Assembly (NCBI GenBank): GCA_964579635.1 | Contig: CAZOFV010000004.1 | Location: 817 to 64,816, forward strand | DNA length: 64,000 nucleotides | Source: an uncultured Candidatus Saccharibacteria bacterium | GTDB lineage: Bacteria; Patescibacteriota; Minisyncoccia; Phycocordibacterales; VMEP01 | Direction: 5' to 3' | In this document: positions 28,473 to 37,568 of the stretch, piece by piece | Layout: every line of letters begins with the position of its first letter | Position numbering within the stretch: position 1 is the first letter of the stretch | Position numbers and translations under genes: made by a program | Notes under the pieces: generated by a model | What the model was told of the DNA's origin: nothing | What the model saw: the letters and a program-made list of their open reading frames with translations, nothing else | Database searches by the model: none

Positions 28473-28964
28473 TTATCTTTCTTCAGGAACATCAATACCT
28501 TCATATGCCGTGAAAAGTTTTTCCTCTACATACCAAAGAAGCGTAAAGATTGCCAGTGTAAAAATTGTTGTAAAAAAAGCGGCAATATAGTAACCAAAAC
28601 CAACAGCCATTCCAATCGCAGAAACAACCCATAAACCAGCAGCTGTGGTTAACCCGGTAAGCTTAGAATCTTTAAAGATAATTATTCCAGCACCCAAAAA
28701 ACCAACACCAACAACTATGTTTGAAGCAACATGAAGTGGGTTTACTTGAATATTTGTGTATAAATACTGCTTAACAACATATTCAGAAGATAGAATAAAC
28801 AAAGCTGAACCCATCGAGACTAAAGCGTATGTTCTTATGCCGGCGCTTTTTTTTGCAAAAACACGCTCAAGCCCAAGTATTGCGCCAAGTGACATCGCGA
28901 GGAAAAGCCTAATAAAAACTTCTGTGTTTTCCGGCGTAACCAAAATCAACAAGTCTGGAATCAT
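28473..28964 (-). CDS. mgtC: MgtC/SapB family membrane protein
   Basis: N-terminal LGLERVFAKKSAGIRTYALV is characteristic of the MgtC family; 163 aa. Confidence 0.75.
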   Translation of the reverse strand: MIPDLLILVTPENTEVFIRLFLAMSLGAILGLERVFAKKSAGIRTYALVSMGSALFILSSEYVVKQYLYTNIQVNPLHVASNIVVGVGFLGAGIIIFKDSKLTGLTTAAGLWVVSAIGMAVGFGYYIAAFFTTIFTLAIFTLLWYVEEKLFTAYEGIDVPEER

Positions 28965-29062
28965 ATATTTAAATTTAAAATTAACTTAAATATAGTATAA
29001 CAAAAGATAGACCATTAAACATTTTAGATATACACACCGCGCTAAATAACAACAAATTTTGA

Positions 29063-30187
29063 TTAGAAAGAAATTATCCCACCACCCACACAAACATCTT
29101 TTTTATACAAAACAAGAGACTGTCCGGCAGATACAAGCTTTTCTTCGTTAAACTTTATTTCTACTATTTTTTTTGATAAATCTATACCAACTAAAGAACA
29201 AGGGGATAATTTTTCCCGATACCTTGTCCGAGCATTAAGTTTTTCGCCAACCTTGATATTCGACTCAATAAAATTAAAATCTCTCAAACTAACAGTCTTA
29301 GACAAACCGCGACTTTTTTTGGGAAAAGGAGAAACGGTTACCGTATTATTTTTTAAGTTTTTAGAAACAACGTATTGTGGTGGTGTTTCTTTTGAATTTG
29401 TCTTTTTTGTTACAACAAAATTATGTCTCTCCCCTTCTGTAAGAAAAATTGCTCCACTGTGGTAACCAATTACCTCGCCATTTTCATTTAACAAATTACC
29501 TTTTTTTTCTTTTATATAATGCTTTAAGAAATCCTTAATATCTAATTTGCCAACAAAACAAAGACCTTGGCTGTCTTTCTTCTCCCAAGTTATCAAATTA
29601 TATTTCTTTGCGAGCGCACGAACTTCTGTTTTTTTATAAACCCCCACTGGAAATAAAATTTTAGGAAGTAATTCTTTTTTTATTGTCCAAAGAAAGTATG
29701 ATTGATCTTTTTCTTTATCAACCCCTGTAAGCATTTTATACACACCATCGATTTTTTTAACCTGAGCATAATGACCTGTTGCAATAAAGTCTGCTCCATT
29801 TTTTAACGCAAAATCTAAAAACGCACCAAACTTAACATGTTTATTACACATGACATCTGGATTTGGAGTACGACCATTTTTATATTCAGAAATCATATAA
29901 TCAATAACTTCTTTTTTATATTCTTTTTCTAGATCTAAAGTTAAAAATGGAATGTTGAGTTTGGCGGCAACACGCATCGCGTCTAATCTATCTTCTTTCC
30001 ATGTACAAGCAAAAAAATCCGGTTGCCAAACCTTTATAAAAACACCAACCACTTCATATCCTTCTTTTTTAAGTAGAGCTGCCGACACCGAAGAATCAAC
30101 TCCTCCAGACATGCCTAAAAACACTCTCTTGTGTTGTCCGCCGGTTCGCCTTACTGGAAGCACCTTAGAAACCCTTTCTTTTTTCAT
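29063..30187 (-). CDS. mnmA: tRNA-specific 2-thiouridylase MnmA
   Basis: PP-loop SGGVDSS, catalytic Cys context and MnmA C-terminal domains; 374 aa. Confidence 0.9.
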   Translation of the reverse strand: MKKERVSKVLPVRRTGGQHKRVFLGMSGGVDSSVSAALLKKEGYEVVGVFIKVWQPDFFACTWKEDRLDAMRVAAKLNIPFLTLDLEKEYKKEVIDYMISEYKNGRTPNPDVMCNKHVKFGAFLDFALKNGADFIATGHYAQVKKIDGVYKMLTGVDKEKDQSYFLWTIKKELLPKILFPVGVYKKTEVRALAKKYNLITWEKKDSQGLCFVGKLDIKDFLKHYIKEKKGNLLNENGEVIGYHSGAIFLTEGERHNFVVTKKTNSKETPPQYVVSKNLKNNTVTVSPFPKKSRGLSKTVSLRDFNFIESNIKVGEKLNARTRYREKLSPCSLVGIDLSKKIVEIKFNEEKLVSAGQSLVLYKKDVCVGGGIISF

Positions 30188-30222
30188 AACGCTATCCTAT
30201 CAGAGAAAACAAACGGGTAAAG

Positions 30223-30774
30223 TTACATATTTACAAGCTTCTGAAAAATCTCGTATGTAGCACGGGCATCAGATAAAGCTGAATGAGCACGCTTATTTTC
30301 TATCCCTAAATAATCACAAAGCGCCCTTAGAGAAAATTTTTCAACTTCTTTATGGTTATGTAATTTTGCGTAAGCGATAGAAATCGTATCAAGTTTATGA
30401 TAATGCATAGGATTTTGAATACCCGTTTCTTCAAAGGCCTTTTCTAAAAAAGCGAAATCAAAAGCAACATTATGCCCAACCATAATCGTATTTTTAACCT
30501 TTGTCGCTGTAGCTTCAATCGCTTCTTTTAAACCAATTGCAAAAATCCAGTCTTTCTCATCATATCCATTAATACTAAGTCCAACAGGATCAGCTGTTTC
30601 AATGTGTGTTGGTTTTATTTTATATTCAAACTCATCAATATATTCCAAGGTTAAAACTCCGCTCTCTGAGAATTTCTGTCGGGCCAAAACACAACCAATC
30701 TCTATGATTTCGTGTTTATTGGGCAAAAGCCCTGTTGTCTCTAAGTCAATAAATGCCAATATTTGATTTTTCAT
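30223..30774 (-). CDS. DEDDh 3'-5' exonuclease (DnaQ / RNase T-like)
   Basis: Exo I motif FIDLETTGL, Exo II VGHNVAFDFAFL and Exo III H…D; 183 aa. Confidence 0.75.
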   Translation of the reverse strand: MKNQILAFIDLETTGLLPNKHEIIEIGCVLARQKFSESGVLTLEYIDEFEYKIKPTHIETADPVGLSINGYDEKDWIFAIGLKEAIEATATKVKNTIMVGHNVAFDFAFLEKAFEETGIQNPMHYHKLDTISIAYAKLHNHKEVEKFSLRALCDYLGIENKRAHSALSDARATYEIFQKLVNM

Positions 30775-30801
30775 TCTTTAAATTATTTAACTTTCTGGTT
30801 T

Positions 30802-31779
30802 TTATAGATATAATTCCCGATTTCTTTTATGCTCTTCAAAATCCTTCCCGTAATAGACAGTACCATTTTTATCCGAAAGGTAGAAAAGATAGGGCGATTC
30901 TGTAGGATAAAGAGCTGCTGTTATTGAAGAAATTCCTGGATTTGAAATTGGTCCAACCGGTAAACCTCTATTCTGATAAGTGTTGTAAGGCGAATTACCC
31001 CTCAAATCGCTTCTTGTTAATTCATAGGTATTTCTACCAATTGAATATATAAAAGGTGCGTCAACTTGTAGTGCCATACCGATTTTAATTCTTTTCCACA
31101 AAATCCCAGAGATCATTTTTCTATCTTCCTCTTTCCTTGCCTCCTCTTCAATGATTGAAGCCATAATTATAATATCCCTAAAATCTTTGCCTAATTTTTC
31201 GGCTGAGCGTTTTAGTGTATCTGTTTTTACTTTAAAATTTTCTTCTAGCACCTTTGCCACATTTTCTGTTTTTGTGTTTGTGTAAAAAACATAAGTGTCT
31301 GGAAAAAGATAACCCTCCTTACCTTCCGTCAATTTCATAAACTCCTCGGCGTTAAATCTTGGAAGTTTTTTTTCTGCAATTTTTGCCATTTCCGCTATTG
31401 TTGAGCCTTCGGGAAAAGTTATTTTCACTGGTTCAAAACCAAAATCACCTTTTATAATCCTAAAAGACAAACTAACAACACTCGCTGGTTTCGGTAAAAA
31501 ATATTCCCCAACTTGCACACCACGTTCTCCACCAAGAATGTAGACAAATGCCTTAAATACAAATGGTGAACGAATCACATTTTCATTTTTCAAAAGATCA
31601 GCTGTTTCTGAAAGAGTAAGCCCTTCTTTTATCTCAATAGAGTGTTGTGCGGGAAAATTATATGGTGGGATTATATACACCCCCAAAAACACAAAAACAG
31701 AAAGTATGGCAACGGCTATCCATCTCCACCATTTACTAGATATCAATGAATAAAAAGCGTAATTTTTAAAAGGAATCAT
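30802..31779 (-). CDS. mltG: endolytic murein transglycosylase MltG (YceG family)
   Basis: N-terminal TM followed by a YceG-like domain with …YNTYQNRGLPVGPISNPG…. Confidence 0.8.
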   Translation of the reverse strand: MIPFKNYAFYSLISSKWWRWIAVAILSVFVFLGVYIIPPYNFPAQHSIEIKEGLTLSETADLLKNENVIRSPFVFKAFVYILGGERGVQVGEYFLPKPASVVSLSFRIIKGDFGFEPVKITFPEGSTIAEMAKIAEKKLPRFNAEEFMKLTEGKEGYLFPDTYVFYTNTKTENVAKVLEENFKVKTDTLKRSAEKLGKDFRDIIIMASIIEEEARKEEDRKMISGILWKRIKIGMALQVDAPFIYSIGRNTYELTRSDLRGNSPYNTYQNRGLPVGPISNPGISSITAALYPTESPYLFYLSDKNGTVYYGKDFEEHKRNRELYL

Positions 31780-31785
31780 AGAAAA

Positions 31786-32964
31786 TTAAAACGGTAAATT
31801 TGCTGGTGGCTCTGAACGCTTAGAATCAACTCTTGCCAAAGTTGGTGTCTCGGCAACTCCGCTTGGAAAATGAAATATAGTGGCCAACTCTTCAACGTTT
31901 AATACAAATGGTTTACGCTTATATGGCTCGTAAAAATAAGCTCTAAGTCGATATGAATCAAACAGACTTTTCAAGATTGTCTTTTTGCGAATATCTCTAA
32001 AGTCATCCCATGGATAATCAAGCACAGTAAGCCCGTATCCTGGCTTAAACCCATTCATGTTATGTGATGAGTATTGTTTAAAGGTGCTCAAAAGCGCAGT
32101 AATATTTGCGGGGTTAAACTTCCCTTTTTCTGCAAAATATAAACCACGGATACCAACCTCAAAGGCCGGTTTTGAGATACTCCTTTCAATAGCATTAATA
32201 ACATCGGTCTCTCCTTTTGTTAATCTCGTTGTTACAGCCTTATCATCATCCTTATCGTCTCTGTGCATTAACTTTTTTATCAACTCTTTACCTTCAGCTT
32301 TCCAACCATCTCCTTTCGTTGCGCGCACAAGAATCTGAATCCATGTTTGCTCTCCCTTTCCCATAGAACCTAGAAACTCAAGCGTTGGAGCCATTGTCTC
32401 AATACGCTGTTTTTCGTCTACGTAGCCTTTATCCATTCCGTAATCAACATAAGTTTTTATTGGATATGGATCTGGTTGGGTAAGTGCAAATTCAGAACCC
32501 CAAAGAGATATCTCACTTTTATTATCCCAAGGCATATTTTCTGTGTAATCAGAAGCTTCACTAATTATCGCCTCTGGATATTGCGAGTACACATGTGCTT
32601 CAATAATATTTTTGTATTTTGAAAGACATCTAATGTATACGCGAATAGACCCCTCAACAGAAACGATCTCGAATGAAAACCAATCTGGAACACGGCCCTT
32701 CCAATACTGATCTAGTTTATTTCCAGAACTAGGTTGCTGAAGCCCATTTAAAACAAGCTCCATTGCCATTGGGGTTTTGAAAACCTCTTTCGGTAATCTA
32801 ACCTCAAGAAGTATCCATTTTAGTTTAGAAATCCAATCAGCTTGGATATACGCAATCCAAACTTTCCAAAAAACATAAACAAGAACTACCGGCAACCAAA
32901 AATTGGCGGTGTTGTTTATAAATTCAAATATAATTACCAGTATATAAAAAAGAAAATCTACCAT
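31786..32964 (-). CDS. conserved hypothetical membrane protein
   Basis: 392 aa with two N-terminal TM segments and a large soluble domain ending …EELATIFHFPSGVAETPT…. No family recognised. Confidence 0.55.
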   Translation of the reverse strand: MVDFLFYILVIIFEFINNTANFWLPVVLVYVFWKVWIAYIQADWISKLKWILLEVRLPKEVFKTPMAMELVLNGLQQPSSGNKLDQYWKGRVPDWFSFEIVSVEGSIRVYIRCLSKYKNIIEAHVYSQYPEAIISEASDYTENMPWDNKSEISLWGSEFALTQPDPYPIKTYVDYGMDKGYVDEKQRIETMAPTLEFLGSMGKGEQTWIQILVRATKGDGWKAEGKELIKKLMHRDDKDDDKAVTTRLTKGETDVINAIERSISKPAFEVGIRGLYFAEKGKFNPANITALLSTFKQYSSHNMNGFKPGYGLTVLDYPWDDFRDIRKKTILKSLFDSYRLRAYFYEPYKRKPFVLNVEELATIFHFPSGVAETPTLARVDSKRSEPPANLPF

Positions 32965-33051
32965 CTCCTATATCTTATCGCGAAATTAAATTAAGTGGTA
33001 GTAAAAAAGCGGGTCACTATATGACCCGCTTTTTTACTATAGTTTTTTAGA

Positions 33052-34080
33052 TTAAACAGCTGTGTACAAACCGTTCTTGTTCTTCTTAAAGTTATTAGTA
33101 TTTTGAAGGTTAACCAAGACTGTATTTTCCTTAACATACCTTTCTTTCATAACTCTTTTCAATATGTCTTCTTTACTCATTGGACCCTCTTTCTTCAAAA
33201 GTTCTTTTATAACGTCGCGGACAACCCCTTTGTTGTAGCCCCACTCAGATAGTGCATATAAACCACGGCCAACTAAAACAAAGCGTTTGTCTTTTATAAG
33301 CTCATTGTGACAAGTAGCAACATGCGCTGGTTTTTTAAAAGAAGCAGTAATTGCTTTTGCAACTTCAGAGAAGTGCATTGGAGAGCCGTGTCTACGCAAA
33401 ACTAAATATGCATAATCTCTCATTCCGCGCGCTCTAATGTTTGAAGAAGATGAACGACCCCATTCTCCGAAAGGATTACGGTCTATTAATTTAGAAAGTT
33501 TTAACCATCGCTTTAAAATCTCTTCATCGCGATATTTTTCTGAAACATCTTTAAGGTGAGAAAGAAAACGTGTAACCAATTCACCCTCCGGAACTATTTC
33601 CTCATCACTTAATCCTTCATAAAGTTTTTTTAATGAAGCGTGAACTTTCTCAGACATATCGGAATCAATACTCCATCGGTGTTTAAAATGATTATCTTCT
33701 TTTGAGCGAACAAAGGCATCACCTAAAACTAGAAAAAAGTTAATATGATTTTGTGTTGCTTTGTCTTCCGAGAAATGGCTAAGCAATTCATCCTCTGAAA
33801 CAACGGCACCTAGTGCCTCTATAGCGGAAAAGAGGTTCTCAAAAGCTTCCTTTTCTTTCGCAAAAACCTCTGACTTCTTAATAGCTTGAATAGAAAAATT
33901 TTCAATTTGTCTGACGCGTTCACGGGTAATACCATACTTCTTCCCAATAGCATCAAGGGTCTTAGCCTCGCTTGATTCTCCCAAGCCAAAACGATTAACG
34001 ATAACGTCAAAATTACGCTCTGGAAGAACGGTCAAAAGCTTTTTAGCTACCTGTTTTGGCTTAAAATTGATTTGTGACAT
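33052..34080 (-). CDS. DNA-binding protein with a sigma-70 region-4-like HTH and a HARE-HTH-like winged helix
   Basis: N-terminal …LDAIGKKYGITRERVRQIE… resembles a sigma70_r4 HTH. The mid-region …HFSEVAKAI…KRFVLVGRGLYALSEWGY resembles HARE-HTH as found in RpoE/delta subunit. Confidence 0.55.
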   Translation of the reverse strand: MSQINFKPKQVAKKLLTVLPERNFDVIVNRFGLGESSEAKTLDAIGKKYGITRERVRQIENFSIQAIKKSEVFAKEKEAFENLFSAIEALGAVVSEDELLSHFSEDKATQNHINFFLVLGDAFVRSKEDNHFKHRWSIDSDMSEKVHASLKKLYEGLSDEEIVPEGELVTRFLSHLKDVSEKYRDEEILKRWLKLSKLIDRNPFGEWGRSSSSNIRARGMRDYAYLVLRRHGSPMHFSEVAKAITASFKKPAHVATCHNELIKDKRFVLVGRGLYALSEWGYNKGVVRDVIKELLKKEGPMSKEDILKRVMKERYVKENTVLVNLQNTNNFKKNKNGLYTAV

Positions 34081-34167
34081 TTTGTTTTTTTCTTAGAAAT
34101 TACCGACGAACTACTTATGTGTTCTAATTTCTATCATTTATTACAGTAAAGGTCAAGGGGGCGGAAT

Positions 34168-37002
34168 TTATTCCAAAACAATACTAAACATTCTTCCTTT
34201 TATATATATTGTTTTCTTAATTTTCTTATCCAAAATCCACGATTTAACACGGGGAGAATTCATAACCGCTTCCTTAATTTGATCCTCTGAAACATTGCTT
34301 AAAAACTCGAGTGTCTCTCTCAATTTTCCGTTAATTTGCACCGCAATTACAATCTTCCCTCCAGTTAATTTAGACTCGTCGTAGGTTGGCCAAACAGCCT
34401 TATTCATTGATTTTTCGTTACCAATTATTTCCCACAACTCTTCGGTAAAATGTGGGGCAAATGGTGACAAAAGAAGCAATAATTCATTAAACGATTTACG
34501 AGAAATATTTTTTTCAGACTCAAGAGTGCTCACCAAAATCATCATTTGGCTTATCGCGGTGTTGAACTTAAATTCCTCAACATCTTCTCCAACCTTTTTT
34601 ATAGTCTGATTTAAAACCATTATCGCATTATCACTTTCGGTATAATTTTCATCACTTGAAATTTTTTCTTGTAACTTCCAAATTCTTTCCAAAAATCTGC
34701 GTGGGCCAATTATCGATTTTGTATCCCATGCGCTAGCTTGACTGAAAGGCCCCATAAACATTTCGTAAATTCGAAGTGTGTCGGCTCCATATAATTCAAC
34801 TATCTCATCAGGATTAACTATATTCCCTAAACGTTTAGACATCTTTACTCCACCACCAGCCAAAATAAGACCCACACTTTCAAGGCGCATGAATGGCTCC
34901 TTTGTTGAAACTATTCCCAAGTCATACAAAAACTTATGCCAGAAGCGGGCATAAATAAGATGCCGTGTCGCATGTTCTGCTCCACCAACATAAACATCAA
35001 CAGGAGACCAATTTTTTTCTTTCTTCTCGTCTATTAAAGCTTTGTCGTTTTTAGGATCGATAAATCTTAAATAATACCAAGATGAACCCGCCCACTGGGG
35101 CATCGTGTTTGTCTCACGCTTAGCGGTTCCTCCACATTTTGGACACTTTGTATTTACCCATTCAGGAATATCGGCAAGTGGTGATTCCCCTGTTCCTGTT
35201 GGTTCATATGCCTTAACATTTGGCAAAACAACCGGCAGATCCTTTTCTGGCACGGGTACAACTCCACAACTTTCACAGTGAATAATTGGAATTGGTTCAC
35301 CCCAATATCTCTGGCGAGAAAAAACCCAATCACGAAGCTTGTATGTGGTTTTAATTTTTCCACTAACAAATTTAGTTATTTTTATTTTTGCCTCTTCGGA
35401 AGACAGGCCACTAAAATCAGATGATTCAGCGAGAATTCCATTTCCTGTATATATTTTATTTTTTACAAACTTTTGAAACACGTATTGATGTAGCGGATCA
35501 CTCACTTTTTTCTCAGCCTCCTCTTCTGTTATCCACTCCACCTTAAACTTACCCTTTTCAGATTCGTCTTGTGATGTTGATTCTTGTTTATTCCCAGTTA
35601 ATTCGAAGTACAAACCAATAGCATCAATATTCCTTGCCACCCCTTTTGAGTGTGCAAAGTAGTGATGATGAATTGTCTCTGAGGTTCCAACTAAACGGAT
35701 TTCACTATAACCTGTCTCTTCTTTTATTTCCCTAATTGCCGTGCTCTCCGCATCTTCCCCTTCTTCAATTCCACCGCCAATAAATAATTGCCCGCCAAGT
35801 TTTTCGCCCCAATTAAGAGATAGGATTTTCCCATTTTTTGGGTCTCTAACTATCGCAACAATACTTTTTCTTTTTTCTTCGTTTTCCTTAATTTCCCCGG
35901 TCACTGGTTCAATGACCACCTTAATCGGTAAATTAAATTTTTTAGCAAATTCATAATCTCTGTCATCGTGTGCTGGCACTGCCATAATTGCCCCGGTGCC
36001 GTAATGAGCTAAAACATAATCTGCAATAAAAACTGGAAGCTTGTCTCCATTTGCTGGATTAATTGCAAAAATTCCCTCTAACTTAACACCCGTCTTTTCT
36101 TTTCCTTCAGAAGTTCGTTCAATCTCTGTTTTTGCTCCTGATTCTTCAATATATTTTTCAACCTCGTCCCAATTTTCAATCTTTGATTTTAAATCTTTAA
36201 TTAATTCGTGTTCTGGAGAAAGCACGGTGTATGTTGCGCCAAAAAGAGTATCTGCGCGCGTCGTAAACACTGTAAATTTTTTATCTATTCCATCTATCTG
36301 AAAATTTATTTCTGAACCTTCGCTTTTACCTATCCAATTTCTTTCCGCTTCTTTAAATGATTCCGGCCAATCTTTCAAGATCTCCAAATCCTCAACCAAC
36401 CTATCTGCGTATTCGGTAATTTTAATAACCCACTGTCTCATTGGTTTTTTTTCTGCTACGGTTCCACATATTTCGCAAGCGTTACCCTCCAAATCCTCGT
36501 TAGACAATCCAGTCTGACAAGTTGGGCACCAAACTATCGGTTGATAGGACTCGTAAGCTAAACCTTTTTCATACATTTTAAGAAACATCCATTGTGTCCA
36601 TTTATAAAACTTCGGATCAGTAGTATCAATTTCTCTTTCCCAATCATAAGAAAAACCAACCGATTTCATTTGCCGTTTAAAATTAGCGACGTTATTATCA
36701 ACCGCCACACGAGGATGAATTTTATGTTTTATTGCAAAACGCTCCGCTGGTAAACCGAAAGCGTCCCATCCTGTTGGATGAAGAACGCGAAAACCGTTCA
36801 TTCTTTTATAACGTGCGTAAATATCACTCGCCGTATAAACCTTAACGTGTCCAGTATGAAGACCCTCTCCTGATGGATATGGGAACATATCCAAAATATA
36901 AGATTTTGGTTTATTTAAATTTTCGTCTGTGGCAAAGGTATTTTCTTCCTCCCATTTTTTTTGCCACTTTTTTTCTATTTTTCGATGGTCGTATTGCTCC
37001 AT
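34168..37002 (-). CDS. leuS: leucyl-tRNA synthetase carrying an inserted Nudix hydrolase domain
   Basis: Bacterial LeuRS hallmarks are present: HIGH (HTGH), CP1 editing domain (TTRADTLFGATY), KMSKS (VKMSKRL) and C-terminal domains. An extra segment of about 150 aa follows …AHDDRDYEFAKKFNLPIKVVIEP and contains the perfect Nudix box GGIEEGEDAESTAIREIKEETGY. Total 944 aa. Confidence 0.9.
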   Translation of the reverse strand: MEQYDHRKIEKKWQKKWEEENTFATDENLNKPKSYILDMFPYPSGEGLHTGHVKVYTASDIYARYKRMNGFRVLHPTGWDAFGLPAERFAIKHKIHPRVAVDNNVANFKRQMKSVGFSYDWEREIDTTDPKFYKWTQWMFLKMYEKGLAYESYQPIVWCPTCQTGLSNEDLEGNACEICGTVAEKKPMRQWVIKITEYADRLVEDLEILKDWPESFKEAERNWIGKSEGSEINFQIDGIDKKFTVFTTRADTLFGATYTVLSPEHELIKDLKSKIENWDEVEKYIEESGAKTEIERTSEGKEKTGVKLEGIFAINPANGDKLPVFIADYVLAHYGTGAIMAVPAHDDRDYEFAKKFNLPIKVVIEPVTGEIKENEEKRKSIVAIVRDPKNGKILSLNWGEKLGGQLFIGGGIEEGEDAESTAIREIKEETGYSEIRLVGTSETIHHHYFAHSKGVARNIDAIGLYFELTGNKQESTSQDESEKGKFKVEWITEEEAEKKVSDPLHQYVFQKFVKNKIYTGNGILAESSDFSGLSSEEAKIKITKFVSGKIKTTYKLRDWVFSRQRYWGEPIPIIHCESCGVVPVPEKDLPVVLPNVKAYEPTGTGESPLADIPEWVNTKCPKCGGTAKRETNTMPQWAGSSWYYLRFIDPKNDKALIDEKKEKNWSPVDVYVGGAEHATRHLIYARFWHKFLYDLGIVSTKEPFMRLESVGLILAGGGVKMSKRLGNIVNPDEIVELYGADTLRIYEMFMGPFSQASAWDTKSIIGPRRFLERIWKLQEKISSDENYTESDNAIMVLNQTIKKVGEDVEEFKFNTAISQMMILVSTLESEKNISRKSFNELLLLLSPFAPHFTEELWEIIGNEKSMNKAVWPTYDESKLTGGKIVIAVQINGKLRETLEFLSNVSEDQIKEAVMNSPRVKSWILDKKIKKTIYIKGRMFSIVLE

Positions 37003-37097
37003 AATTTTAATTACGTATTCTCATCATAATGTTCGAAAACACCCTTGTAAAGCATCATTTTTTGTACTTTTTGTTTTCGTGAGTATAATGCGCAGAA

Positions 37098-37562
37098 ATG
37101 AACAAGTTTAAAGAATTACTAGAAAAATATTCAATGAAGATTACCGAGGGAATCGGCTCAGTTCCTTCGCTTCTTATTCATACCTTATTTTTTATTAGTA
37201 TTTTTACTCTTGCCTTGCTTGGAGTATCTTTTGACAAAATAATGCTCGTTCTAACAACTATCGTTTCTCTTGAAGCAATTTATCTTTCAATCTTCATTCA
37301 GCTGACGATAAACCGCACAACCGCACAGTTGCATGCCGTCGAGAAAGACATTGAGGAAATCTCTGAAGACATCGAGGAAATTCAAGAGGATGTCGAGGAA
37401 ATCCAGGAAGACGTTGAAGACATCCAAGAAGATGTTGAGGATATTCAAGAAGATGAAACCGAAGAAGAAAAGAAGGACCGCGAAGATAAGAAGCTGTTGT
37501 CTAATATTGAAAACCAACTGATGACTATTGTCCGAGAAATTGAAGAACTAAAAAAGAAATAA
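37098..37562 (+). CDS. small 2-TM membrane protein with an acidic heptad-repeat tail (DUF1003-like)
   Basis: 154 aa with two TM helices, then (EDVEEIQ)n repeats and a coiled-coil C-terminus. Confidence 0.5.
   Translation: MNKFKELLEKYSMKITEGIGSVPSLLIHTLFFISIFTLALLGVSFDKIMLVLTTIVSLEAIYLSIFIQLTINRTTAQLHAVEKDIEEISEDIEEIQEDVEEIQEDVEDIQEDVEDIQEDETEEEKKDREDKKLLSNIENQLMTIVREIEELKKK
37346..37450 (+). repeat. five imperfect 21-bp tandem repeats encoding acidic heptads
   Basis: Units are gacattgaggaaatctctgaa / gacatcgaggaaattcaagag / gatgtcgaggaaatccaggaa / gacgttgaagacatccaagaa / gatgttgaggatattcaagaa. Confidence 0.8.
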
Positions 37563-37568
37563 ATTTTC

